Part shown: positions 38,290 to 49,270 of the stretch, piece by piece
Layout: each line of letters opens with the position of its first letter
Numbering within the stretch: position 1 is the first letter of the stretch
Assembly (NCBI GenBank): GCA_965287045.1
Contig: OZ336874.1
Location: 53,630,001-53,694,000 of the forward strand
From: Carcharhinus amblyrhynchos
Lineage: Eukaryota
Direction: 5' to 3'
Length of the DNA: 64,000 nucleotides
Translations under genes and position numbers: made by a program
The notes under the pieces: model-generated
The model's database searches: none
Seen by the model: the letters and a program-made list of their open reading frames with translations, nothing else
What the model was told of the DNA's origin: nothing

Positions 38290-38900
38290 CCACAATCACA
38301 ATAAGCAACACGCCCATTCTGTGCAGTACAGAAGTTCAGCTTTCTTGGGAGCTATCTTTGAGTATCCTCTTCTGGATATTGATGCTGGATGACAAAATCA
38401 ACCATCACTGGGTAAAAGCTTGCTCAACGTTTGGCAGGCTCAACTACAGACTTTGGAAAGAGCGTGGCCCAACCAGCCAGCAGTTCTTGCATCACTTCTT
38501 TATGGGTGTAAAACTTGGACAATCTACTGGCATCACGTAAAGCAACTTGAACTTTTTGCTGTCCGAGATCTATTTGCACCATCACATGGCAGGACAAAGT
38601 CCCAATACCGTGGTTCTTGCAAAGTGCTGTACATCTGATATTGAGAGCATGTTCATCAGTGTTCAGCTTTGCTGGGTTGGTTACGTGGTTGACTTGGAGA
38701 ATTCCCACATACCAAAGGCAGTACTCTATGGCCAGCCGTGCATGGAAAATCACAGAACAGGATGTCCCAACCTTAGGTATAAAGACATTCTTGAAACCAA
38801 TCTCAGAGCTTGCAAGCTGGATGCCAGCACATGGGAGGGAAAAAAACACTCTTGGAGAGAAATAGCAAAATCCTTAAAAGATTTCAACATTTGAGGAAAG
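38290..38900 (+). mobile_element. RTE-clade LINE fragment, decayed
   Basis: Frameshifted motifs DDKINHHWVKACSTFGRL..LW, LLYGCKTWT, QLCWVGYV..IPKAVLYG, RYKDIL..NL typical of the RTE ORF C-terminus. Confidence 0.8.
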
Positions 38901-39044
38901 CGGAATCAAGTGGTGTAAGGACAAGTGAACATGACACAAAGTCAATACTTCCATCCAGCACTCCAACATGACTTCATATACAAGAAGTTACCTAAAACAA
39001 TCATTGGCCTAATGTAACACATGAACAAGCTTCAACCTAGATTG

Positions 39045-40125
39045 TAAGAACATAAGAAATAGGAGGAGTAGGCCATCTAGCCCTTCGAGCCTGCCCCGCC
39101 ATTCAATAAGATCATGGCTGATCTGAGGTGGATCAGTTCCATTTTCCCACCCTCTCCCCATAACCCTTAATTCCCTTGTCTATCAAAAACCTATCTACCC
39201 GTGACTTAAATATATTTTGCGAGGCAGCCTCCACCACTTCAACAGGCAGAGAATTCCAGAGATTCACCACCATTTGAGTGAAGAAGTTCCTCCTCAACTC
39301 TGATCTAAACTGCACCCCCCCCCCCCCCCCTTATCTTGAGGCTGTGCCCTCTAGTCCTGCTATCCTTTCTAAGCAGGAAGAATCTCTCTACCTCTACCCT
39401 ATCCATCCCTTTCATTATCTTATACATCTCTATAAGATCCCCCCTCATCCTTCTAAACTCCAACGAGTACAAACCCAGTCTATTTAGTCTCTCTTCATAG
39501 TCCAACCCACTCATCTCTGGTATCAGCTTAGTGAACCTCCTCTGCACTCCCTCCAAGGTCAATATATCCTTCCGCAAGTACGGTGACCAAAACTGCACAC
39601 ACTACTCCAGCTGCGGCCTCACCAGTGCCCTGTACAGTTGCAGCAAGACCTCCCTGCTTTTATATTCTATCCCCCTCGCTATAAAGGCCAGCGTACCATT
39701 TGCCTTCTTGATCACCTGCTGCACCTGCACACTGGGTTTTTGTGACTAATGCACAAGGACCCCCAGGTCCCTCTGCACCATAGCATGCTGCAGCTTTTTG
39801 CCCTTTAAATAGTAATCCCTCCTACTTTTATTTCTGCCAAAGTGGATAACACCAGGTTTTAGTCCAACCTATTTATTTGATAATATACTCGCGAGTATAT
39901 TATCAAATAAATAGGTTGGACTAAAACCTGGTGTTGTCAGACTTTTTACTGTGTTTACGCCAGTCCAACGCCGGCATACCCACAAAGTGGATAACCTCAT
40001 ACTTGCTAACATTATACTCCATCTGCCAGGTCCTTGCCCACTCGCTCAGCCTATCCAGATCCCTCTGCAGACTTTCCACACACTCCGTGCAATTTGCTTT
40101 TCCACTCATCTTCGTATCATTGTAA
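39045..40125 (-). mobile_element. Young CR1-like LINE 3' part, interrupted by the insertion at 39851-39982
   Basis: QFWSPYLRKDILTLEGVQRRFTKLIPEMSGLDYEERLNRLGLYSLEFRRMRGDL and LQRDLDRLSEWARTWQMEYNVSK; closely similar to the 17165-17620 copy in opposite orientation. Confidence 0.93.
39838..39995 (+). mobile_element. Penelope-like fold-back mini-insertion with an 88-bp perfect palindrome and 13-bp target-site duplication
   Basis: Palindrome 39848-39935; CAAAGTGGATAAC repeated at 39838-39850 and 39983-39995; tail shared with the elements at about 45126 and 60872. Confidence 0.8.
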
Positions 40126-40876
40126 GCTGGATTGTTTTTGCTGAACTCATATCTGTCAAATTGACGGGAGAATCCAGTATGGAAGTGCATAAATAGCCAT
40201 ATTTAAATATATTTTTAAGTAAATATATAATCTAGACAAGTTTATTTATAATATTTTAGTGTGGATCAGTTTTTTGGTCCAGCTTAAACCACACAATGTG
40301 TTATATAAAGCCACTTAGCTATCATTTAGGAGACATTTTATTAAACTGAAAGGGTAGTTGTCCAAGATGTTTTGTTTTGGAGTGTTGGGAGAGTGGTATT
40401 TTCCACTTTGTCCTGGCTTGAATTCAATCCTTTTTTCACCCATGTACCATAATAAGCCCACCATTGATAGGAACTGCTTCTTTGTAAACAGATCATGAAG
40501 GAAGTAAGCAGTGAGAAATAAAAATAAATTCTCATCCCCAAAAAAGATTTCCAACCTGGTTTTAAGTGATATTCAACTTTACTTTGTACAATACAGAACG
40601 TAATGAACTAACCTATAAAATAGACCTCCTTCAAAGCAAAACTACTCATGCTGTTTGTATTACTTTTAAGACAAACTATGGAGAGGTACATTGCATATTT
40701 ATTCACAAGTTCATTCACTTAAATAGTATTCCAGCTTAATAAAAGTCATGTTTTTAGAGGGTGAAAGAAGTAGCTGAGAGATCTTGAGCATTTCATTTAT
40801 GACTTTGTAAACTGAGTTCTCTTCCTGATAATGTTTATTTTTTTCCCATCCCCCATCTCTCTGTGCTTCTGTTCAG

Positions 40877-41024
40877 TGCCCAGGCTTTCCAGACCATGTT
40901 TCAGTTAATGACCCCCAAGCAGATGTATGAGCACTTCAAGGATTATTACGACGTTTCGGATATCAACTGGAATCCGGACAAAGCTGCAGCCATTCTAGAG
41001 GCCTGGCAAAGGAAATACGTTGAG
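40877..41024 (+). CDS. PTCH1: Patched 1, exon 8 (148 nt)
   Basis: gttcag|T GCC; [49 protein letters not shown]; donor GAG|GTAAAC. Confidence 0.98.
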
Positions 41025-41154
41025 GTAAACTGGAAAAAAAAGTAAATTAAAAGTGCTTTTCTATATATAGTGAGACCAATGTGTTGGACCAGGAGATACA
41101 GTAAGTAATATTTTAAAAGAGTTAATTGCCACAATATTCACTTTACAACATTTT

Positions 41155-41295
41155 AGTCATACATCTATTTGTAGGGTCTTGCTGTATGCTGAATGACTGC
41201 TGTATTTGCCCTACATAACAATAGTCAGTGCCCTTCAGGGTAGTATATTGTACATGAATCTCTTTGAAAGATTTCTCAGAGACATTTATATATTC
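41155..41295 (+). mobile_element. Ancient Deu-domain SINE-like remnant
   Basis: TTTGTAGGGTCTTGCTGTATGCTGAATGACTGC..CCTACATAACAATAGTCAGTGCCCTTCA resembles the DeuSINE core as recalled. Confidence 0.45.
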
Positions 41296-42412
41296 CAGAT
41301 ATGTTACAAAACCATCATTTAATAATTTAAACTTATTCCAAATAAGTAAAATCCCATTAACGTTGTAAGCTTTTGTGCATTTGCTTTTCCCTTTAATTTG
41401 CGAATTGGAAATACTATGAGTTGCATTTCAATGTTTAGAAAACTTTGCATATAATGGCTGTGTGCAATAGGAAGGATGTGTCTGTTGAATGGTCTATTTA
41501 GCCTCCAGATGTGGCTTCCTGCAGTGAAGCCTGCTTCTGTCTCTTTTTGCTTGCACAGTCTACAAAAAAAACTCAAGCTATGCAGTGCCTGATTTGAGAT
41601 AAACCTGTTGGGATTCAGAGTTATTGGTATTGCTTTTTTTTGGAATACTACCTGTGGAGATTGTATTTTTAATGCAAACAAAAGTTGTGTTAATATTTCA
41701 ACCAAACTTACAATAACATTTGTTTTCAGCTGCATTTACAAACATAATATAGAAACAAACAAAGCCTACACTGAAGTGAGCAACAGTCGCCCACTGTGAT
41801 TGTTACTCTGTTTATTAAAAAAGGTGTCTGGAAAACATTAGCTAGGCACAGAATCTGCTCACAGCTGCAGTCCCATTGGTAGGGTCATGTGACATCATCT
41901 GGCATTTGTTTCCCGGGCAGTGACCTTTCTAAAACAGCCTGTGACCCCATGTGCTGGCCAGCCAATGGAGCATGAATGAGAAGCCAGGATATATTTTTTA
42001 TTTTGAATGAAGAAGAACCTGATGAATTGCCCAAGCAGTGACTTTTACTGTCAGTTGGTAGGGGGGGGTTGTTGTTGCAAGAAACAAAGATTGCTTCACG
42101 TATAAGTAGAATAGGAGATTCATTAAACGTCTGTAAATGAGAAATGCAGTTCAAGTAAGATAACAAGTATGAAATAGTTTTATCTTATTTTCAAATATTG
42201 CTCTGTATCTTAAGTAAAATTCAATTATTTATGTGGAGACTGAATCTTGACATCTAATTGATTAATTATTAAATAATTTGGTGTTTTCTTAAGTCCTTTG
42301 TTGCAACAGCTTTAAGAAAACCATAGGTTTTGGATATAATTTTTAGTAAAAATGTTTATTGGCGATCAAATGAATATCTCCTTTTAAAGTTGTTTTTGTA
42401 TATTTTCAATAG

Positions 42413-42544
42413 GTTGTCCATCAAAGTGTTGCACAGAATTCAACCCAAAAGGTTCTTTCATTCTCTACTACAACCCTGGAGGACATTCTCAAGTCATTTT
42501 CTAATGTTAGTGTTATACGTGTGGCTGGTGGCTATCTTCTAATG
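42413..42544 (+). CDS. PTCH1: Patched 1, exon 9 (132 nt, start of sterol-sensing domain)
   Basis: caatag|GTT; [44 protein letters not shown]; donor ATG|GTAAGT. Confidence 0.97.
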
Positions 42545-43544
42545 GTAAGTCATTCTGTGATTCAAAGACTGCAGCAATCGAAATAATAGCAGCAGCATTT
42601 TTAACAATGAAAGATAATGTTAGGGAAGCTGCTGACTACTGTAGTTTAAGGGCGTTTGGTAGAGTAAGGCTTAATGTGGGACTGGGGAAACGTACAGCCC
42701 ACATAGTGATGCAGAGTCACATGATGGTAGACTGTGTAATAGAGTCTGGAAGGAGATGGTATCAATGTCAGGCTACACCTTGAAGATGTATACAATGGGT
42801 TAATAATAAATGATTTGTGTTCAACCACACAAGCCTCCAGACCTCTCACTGAGACACAGAACAACTGTACAACATTGTGGCAGGGAAGGATGGACTCCGA
42901 GGTCCCAGAGAATCTGGAGAAGAAACCCAGAATCCCAAAGCATGAAGAAGAACTGAAACTTAACCGGAGTGAAGCGCACCTAATTTGAAGACCCAGATGG
43001 AGATTGTCTAAAGAGAAAAGTTCATTGCAGAGGCGGAGGCTGAAGGATTCCCATCAGAATACATAGAGGGCCATTGCTAGATCAAGGGACCTAGCTAGGT
43101 CACAAAAGACTGAGCAAATTTTTAAAAAGGAGAAAAGTTGAAAGCAAAGGAGTTATTGGTGAATCAGAACAGTTGGTTGAATGCAAAATTAACAACCAGA
43201 ATTGGTGAAATGTTGGAATTTCGTCCTGAAAAGAGCAAGGAAATTCTTGAATATTAATCCAATCTGAAGAACCTGAAAGCTGAGATGCACAGTATGGAAG
43301 AGCAAATTCAGACTTTTAAAAGCAGATATCTCTGAAATAATGGAACTCACCTGAGTGGTTGCTGAGGTGATTGACGAGGTTCATAAGCTTGTAAAATGAT
43401 TGGAAAATAAGAGAGCAAATAAACGTTGAGTTAAAATTATAGAACAAATGGAAATGAAGCTTCAATTGTTTTGAAATGTCAGTGTCCAGCAAGCTCACGG
43501 TGGCTCCCACAGAAAGGATAATCTGGGTCTGCTCTTACTTATTT

Positions 43545-43670
43545 ATTTTCTTAGTGTCACGAGGAGGCTTGCATTAACACTGCAATCCCTAGTTGCCACA
43601 TTCTGGCACTTGTTCGGGTACACTGAGGGAAAATTTAGCATGGCCAATGCACCTAACCAGCATGTCTTTC
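43545..43670 (-). mobile_element. SINE fragment nested in the LTR element
   Basis: Reverse-complement similarity to 28410-28518 plus AATTTAGCATGGCCAATGCACCTAACC. Confidence 0.7.
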
Positions 43671-43728
43671 AGAAATCTAGGAATAAACAGAGTGAACATT
43701 CCCTTGAGAAGGAAAGGGACAAACCCAT

Positions 43729-43868
43729 GGGATGGGATTTTTCAGCCATGCATGTTCCAAGGCCAGAAATTCCCACCCAAGCTCAATGGACCTTTAAAGC
43801 ATCCACCAAGTATTTTTTGTCTCGTATGCTATGATTCCTGCAGCGGGTCAGATGGGAAATTTTCAGCC
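43729..43868. mobile_element. MITE-like element nested in the LTR element
   Basis: Ends GGGATGGGATTTTTC ... GGAAATTTTCAGCC. Confidence 0.5.
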
Positions 43869-44043
43869 ATGGTGTCTGAACAAAGCAGATGTGCTGTTGA
43901 GAATTGCCACTCTAAAGAGCACAAAAAGCGAATCGGATGGAGACAACAAAGTGCCGGAAACATAAAGTACCACAATTTTAACATCATACCAACAAAGTCA
44001 ACCCAGATCAACTGAAACTATCATTCATCCCAATTGATAAGAA

Positions 44044-44146
44044 TGAGCTTTGACAAAGGGTCATCTGGACTCAAAATGTCAGCTGTTTTCTCTCCTAACA
44101 GATGCTACCAGACCTGCTGAGATTTTCCAGCATTTTCTCTTTTGGT
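44044..44146 (+). mobile_element. Penelope-like terminal fragment with decayed hammerhead-like motif
   Basis: GAGCT TTGACAA A GGGTC ATCTG GACTC AAAA TGTC AGCT resembles a CpG-decayed CTGACGA-stemII-GAAACGTH motif. Confidence 0.55.
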
Positions 44147-44673
44147 GACAAAAATGAGATCTGGAAGAATTGTCAGGCCTCCAGACTGAATTTATAAAGT
44201 CAGAGAGTTGAGAAGGGGAGCATGGAAGTGAAGAGGATTGTACAGTAAATATATTTGGATAAGGACTAGGAGGTGTAGTATAAGGGTGTTCGGGTTAATG
44301 TGGGACTGAGGAAACAGTACTGCCCACTTAGTGATGTAGAGTGTCACATGATGGTTGGCTGTGTGTAATAGAGTCCGGAAGGAGCCAGCATGAAGACAGC
44401 CATCATGCAGGGCTGTACCTTGGAGGATGTATGTAGTTATGAGTTGTTAGTATTACAGTATATGTTCAACCATACAAGTCTCCACACTTCATAATGAGAC
44501 ATCAAACAACTTTACAATAACAACAAGCTGGTTTGATCATATCCTTAAAATTGTCACAATTTACATCACTGCAATGTTTTTGAGTGTGACAAATGTATGT
44601 ATCATTGTTTTATTTCAGGTTTGGCTATATTTAAGTAATTCTTCATTTGGAAGACATAAAAATTGGATTTTAA

Positions 44674-44892
<219 letters not shown>

Positions 44893-45125
44893 TAAAATAA
44901 GTTATCTCTTCAGTCTTGTACATATCTAAGTAATGCCATGTGCTATGATACCATGAAAAGAGGAGTAATTTATCTCCAGGTGTGTCCCACAGATTATTAT
45001 TGCTTTGTTTTAAGATTAAATCATAAATTATATTGTAATGGTTCCCCCTCAAGCTATGTGGATAATGGTTTTACAGAGTAAAACAAAGGGGATAGCTGGC
45101 TTTGTCTTTCCCTCTCTCAATAAAG

Positions 45126-45540
45126 ACAGTAATAAGTCTCACAGCACCAGATTAAAGTCCAACAGGTTTATTTGGTAGCACAAACCAGAAGCTTTCGGAG
45201 CACTGCTCCTTCATCAGGTGAGTGGGAGTTGCGTTCACAAACAGGACATATATAGGCACAAACTCAATTTGCAAGATAAAGGTTGAAATGCCAGCCTTTA
45301 CAAGACTAAACAAGACTTGTACAAGACTTTACAAGACTCGCATTCCAACCATTATCTTGTAAATTGAGTTTGTGCCTATATATGCCCTGTTTGTGGACAC
45401 AACTCCCACTCACCTGATGAAGGGGCGGTGCTCCGAAAGCTTGTGGCTTATGCTACCAAATAAACCTGTTGGACTTTAACCTGGTGTTGTGAGACTTCTT
45501 ACAGTGCTTACCGCAGTCCAAAGCTGGCATCTCCACATCA
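45126..45540 (+). mobile_element. Penelope-like fold-back element (inverted arms of about 165 bp) with hammerhead motifs
   Basis: Arms at about 45127-45291 and 45340-45505; unique tail to 45540; flanks TCAATAAAG (45117-45125) and TCAACAAAG (45541-45549). Confidence 0.82.
45411..45445 (+). ncRNA. Putative minimal type I hammerhead ribozyme motif (Penelope-associated)
   Basis: CAC CTGATGA A GGGGC GGT GCTCC GAA AGCT T GTG: stem I, core, stem II, GAA, palindromic AGCT stem III, cleavage nucleotide. Activity untested. Confidence 0.6.
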
Positions 45541-45938
45541 TCAACAAAGTTAACCAGTGGAATCAGACTGTAGCATTCTGAATTCCTACTGCTAGCAGCA
45601 GTGCATTCATTTTGTTGTCCAACTGGTTAGGAAACACTCTGCTGAGTTTTTGATTTTCCAAAGTTTAGCAAAAATACTTGAGTAAAATATTTTTAAAAGC
45701 TGCCCTGAAACTGTCACTAGAGATAGTGAATGTGACCCAAAAATGCCAGCAGAACACATTACTTGCAATGTTTCATTCAGCTATTGGATTACTTGAACAG
45801 CTCACTGGAATAGTTTAAAATGCAATCACTTAACTAATATTTTTTCAGGAAAGGGAATTACATGGGATGCTTTCAGAGGTTAGTACTTATTGATCACAGT
45901 ACTTGCTTTGATTATTGTTGCCTTTAACAGAATATTAT

Positions 45939-46143
45939 GGTCGGAATTCTCCAGCCATTCACGCCAGTGGGATTCTCCGGTCTTAGCGGCAGCACACCCT
46001 CATCCAAGGGTTTCCTGCTGGCGTGAGGTGGCATCAGTGGGAATTCCTATCAACAGCAGTGGGACCAGAGAATCCCCCACTAACAAACAACACGCCACCT
46101 TCCACCTTCAGGGAACACTCGGCTGGGAGGCTGAGTCTTGCCC
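45939..46143. mobile_element. MITE-like element
   Basis: GGTCGGAATTCTCC start; internal GGGATTCTC/GAGAATCCC inverted motifs; inverted homolog at 46690-46886. Confidence 0.65.
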
Positions 46144-46689
46144 TGTCTCTTTTTAATTTGCCTACCTGAGTTAAAATCTGAAACTGACAGAATTAAAAAT
46201 AAATAAGCTTGCATTGTCAAAAATCATCTGGTTCTCAAAAGTATAAAGGAACATTTTTCCTCTGCTTCCTTCTCTCCTTTTAGACATTTTTTACATTAAA
46301 CTGACAGATATTTAACTTGAATTACAGAGCAACAATATCCATGAATTTTCCAGCATTTATACCAGCAAATCAGACACCCATATTTTGCAAGCAAACTGGT
46401 AAACCTAATTGCTGATGGGTCTAGTGTTTTGCCACCAAAGCAAGGGAGGAAGATTTACTAGTGTTAACAATGGAAGCCTTATCATGGTCACAAATCTCTC
46501 TGATTTAGACCTGAACACATGGCATTTTAACTACCTCTCAAAAGAATTATGAAGTTGATTTCCAATTAAATTGAGTCATCTGTGAACTGCAGCTTTTTTG
46601 ACCTTTTGTAGCAGTACTTTGATTACCTCTGGAGTAGACCAAGGTGTATTGTCATGGGTTTGCTAGCACTGGTTATCCTGAACTACTCA

Positions 46690-46886
46690 GCAGGATTCTC
46701 TGGCCTCCCCTCAGCGTTTTCCTCAGCTGAGTGCCGTTCGCTGGTGGTGGGATCCCCTGGTCCTGCTGCTGTCTGTGGGAATTCCCATTGAAGCTACTGA
46801 ACGTTGCCAGGAAACCTGCCATGGAACATGCGCCATCAGCAAGACCAGAGAATCCTGCCAGCTTGAACAGCTAGAGAATTCTGGCC
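46690..46886. mobile_element. MITE-like element, inverted relative to the 45939 copy
   Basis: Ends GCAGGATTCTCTGG ... AGAGAATTCTGGCC; interior is reverse-complement-similar to 45939-46143. Confidence 0.65.
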
Positions 46887-47995
46887 ACTATCACCAAGGA
46901 AATGTACTTTGTTTGATCAGTGAAATATACATCACAGTCTCAGATTGCATTGGGCATTTTGTGTAATTGTGTATTGCTCATTAAACCTATAGCACTGGCA
47001 GTTCAGTTGCTAATTCAAAATGTAATCCTCACGCAAATTAATCCCAAATTTGAAATCTAAATGCATTTAATTTCCTGACCTTAAAAACTTGGTAAGCCAA
47101 AAAATGTACAAATGTTACAGAGAACTAAAATAGGACTAAGTGCTAATAGAATAAATGGCCTTAATCTTTTTTGCAAATGATTAAGTTTAATGTCACTACT
47201 ATTACAACAGCAACTTTCATTTATACAGCACCTATAGCATAGAGAAATGTCTCTAAGTACTTATTCTTAATACTTAAATATTAAGGAATCCCAGCGGATC
47301 TCCGGACCGAAGGCCAGAGAATGGGGTGGAACCTGGTTCATCTGAGATTCCGTCCCATATTTCAGGTATGGGAGGCTATGGGAAAATGTTCAATCCACGT
47401 CCACCCCACATCCCCCCCACATCATTGGGGTGTGAGTGGGAGAATTCCTGGACAACTAAGAGTTGGTGTGAGGTTTTGAAGCCTTCAAAAAGGCACCAAA
47501 TCCTTACCAAGCAAAGGTATTCCATCGTAATTCAAGGGTTCCTTTAGAAGTGGAGAGTTTTAAATGCTTTTTTAATTTTTGAACCCTAAGAGAGCCTTAA
47601 ACATAATCTAGCAGAGTGTCTTTTGATCAATCTGCTGCTAAATCAGGTTAGACTCTACCAGTATGCCCATGGATGCCAGTGGCTTGCCCTGTATATGCTG
47701 ATGACTTTGTCCCTGCAATGTGAGATGAGGTTGAGAGCATTAGCACAAATACAGCTTCCCCAGCCATACTTCTGTCAGTGAAGCAAACCAATTGGAATTT
47801 TGATCCCTGGGGACTTTATTGGATTTTGGACCAAGCATTCCAAGCACTTCATGGAATTAAATGCAGATGAAAAATATTTTGTGATATTTGTTTATTCAGT
47901 TCACTGATGTAGCATATTGGTAATATTAGTTACTTCATCAGAACTGCTTTAATAATAAGTTTTAATTCCGCATTTAAGATACGTGTTAAATTTAG

Positions 47996-48136
<141 letters not shown>

Positions 48137-48910
48137 TAATTTCAGGGAAGCTGGCAAGTGAATGTCCTTACAATTTGTTTCTTTGTTGTACTAATGTCCT
48201 TTGCTTGGCATATTTGATGATATTTCAGAGCAAGTGTCATTTGTAGCTGGAGATGGGGAAGTACTTGAATAGAAAGTACTCGCTTCAACCTTAATTGGCT
48301 TTTAACAAAACTCATGTTAATGTCTATAACCAAGGTATGGGCTTCTGGAGTTCAATAACAAGTAATTTAAAAGAGACTCATATTTGCTTGACTTTCTTCC
48401 CAGCACCAACCAATTCCGCCTTCCCCTAACTCTCTGCACGCAATATACACTGACTCTTCAGTTCCCAGTGTCTTTGTTAGCAAGCTTAAAGCATTTTGAC
48501 TGTCTCATTCTGCTGGAGCTTTTATGTGCTTTAAATCAAAAAGTAAACAGTTCCCTTTGGTAGAAAAACATTATCCCTCTGGTTTTGAATGACAGACTAG
48601 CTCAATGTGTGGTCCAGCATTATATTGCTTCACCCTTTTTTTAGAAAAAGGAGCGTCATTCTGTGTTGGAAGCCCTGCAGATATACCATCAGCTGAAATA
48701 TGAGGATAATGCAAGAATAGTGTATCAAAAACAGGAATTGTTCAGCTTTGATGAAAAATGCCTACTATTCTTCTCCAGCACAATAGGATTGTGGTGTATT
48801 TTGTGAGGAGAAGATTTAACATATGATTAGATCATCTTAAAGAAGTCAACTGTTTTATGGCGTGGAGAGAGACTGGAGGTTGCATAGAGTTTCTAGCTTA
48901 CTACAAATGA

Positions 48911-49270
<360 letters not shown>

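Larger units (their letters stand above)
42640..44519 (+). mobile_element. Decayed internally deleted LTR retroelement (LTRs about 42640-42874 and 44274-44519) with nested repeats
   Basis: Two diverged direct repeats both starting TGTAGT and sharing TTAATGTGGGACTG.GGAAAC, GTCACATGATGG, TGTAATAGAGTC.GGAAGGAG and TGTTCAACCA.ACAAG.CTCCA. PBS-like TGTGGCAGGGAAGGATGG follows the first, a purine-rich tract precedes the second, flanks ACTAC/ACAAC. Confidence 0.7.

Noticed and set aside
39315-39330. Long C homopolymer in the CR1 (also C-runs at about 3358, 7197, 59809)
   Set aside because: Expansion of a short G-run present in the sister copy, or homopolymer length error.
44044-44086. Hammerhead-like motif as a functional ribozyme
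   Set aside because: Core positions are mutated (TTGACAA instead of CTGACGA, AAAA instead of GAAA).
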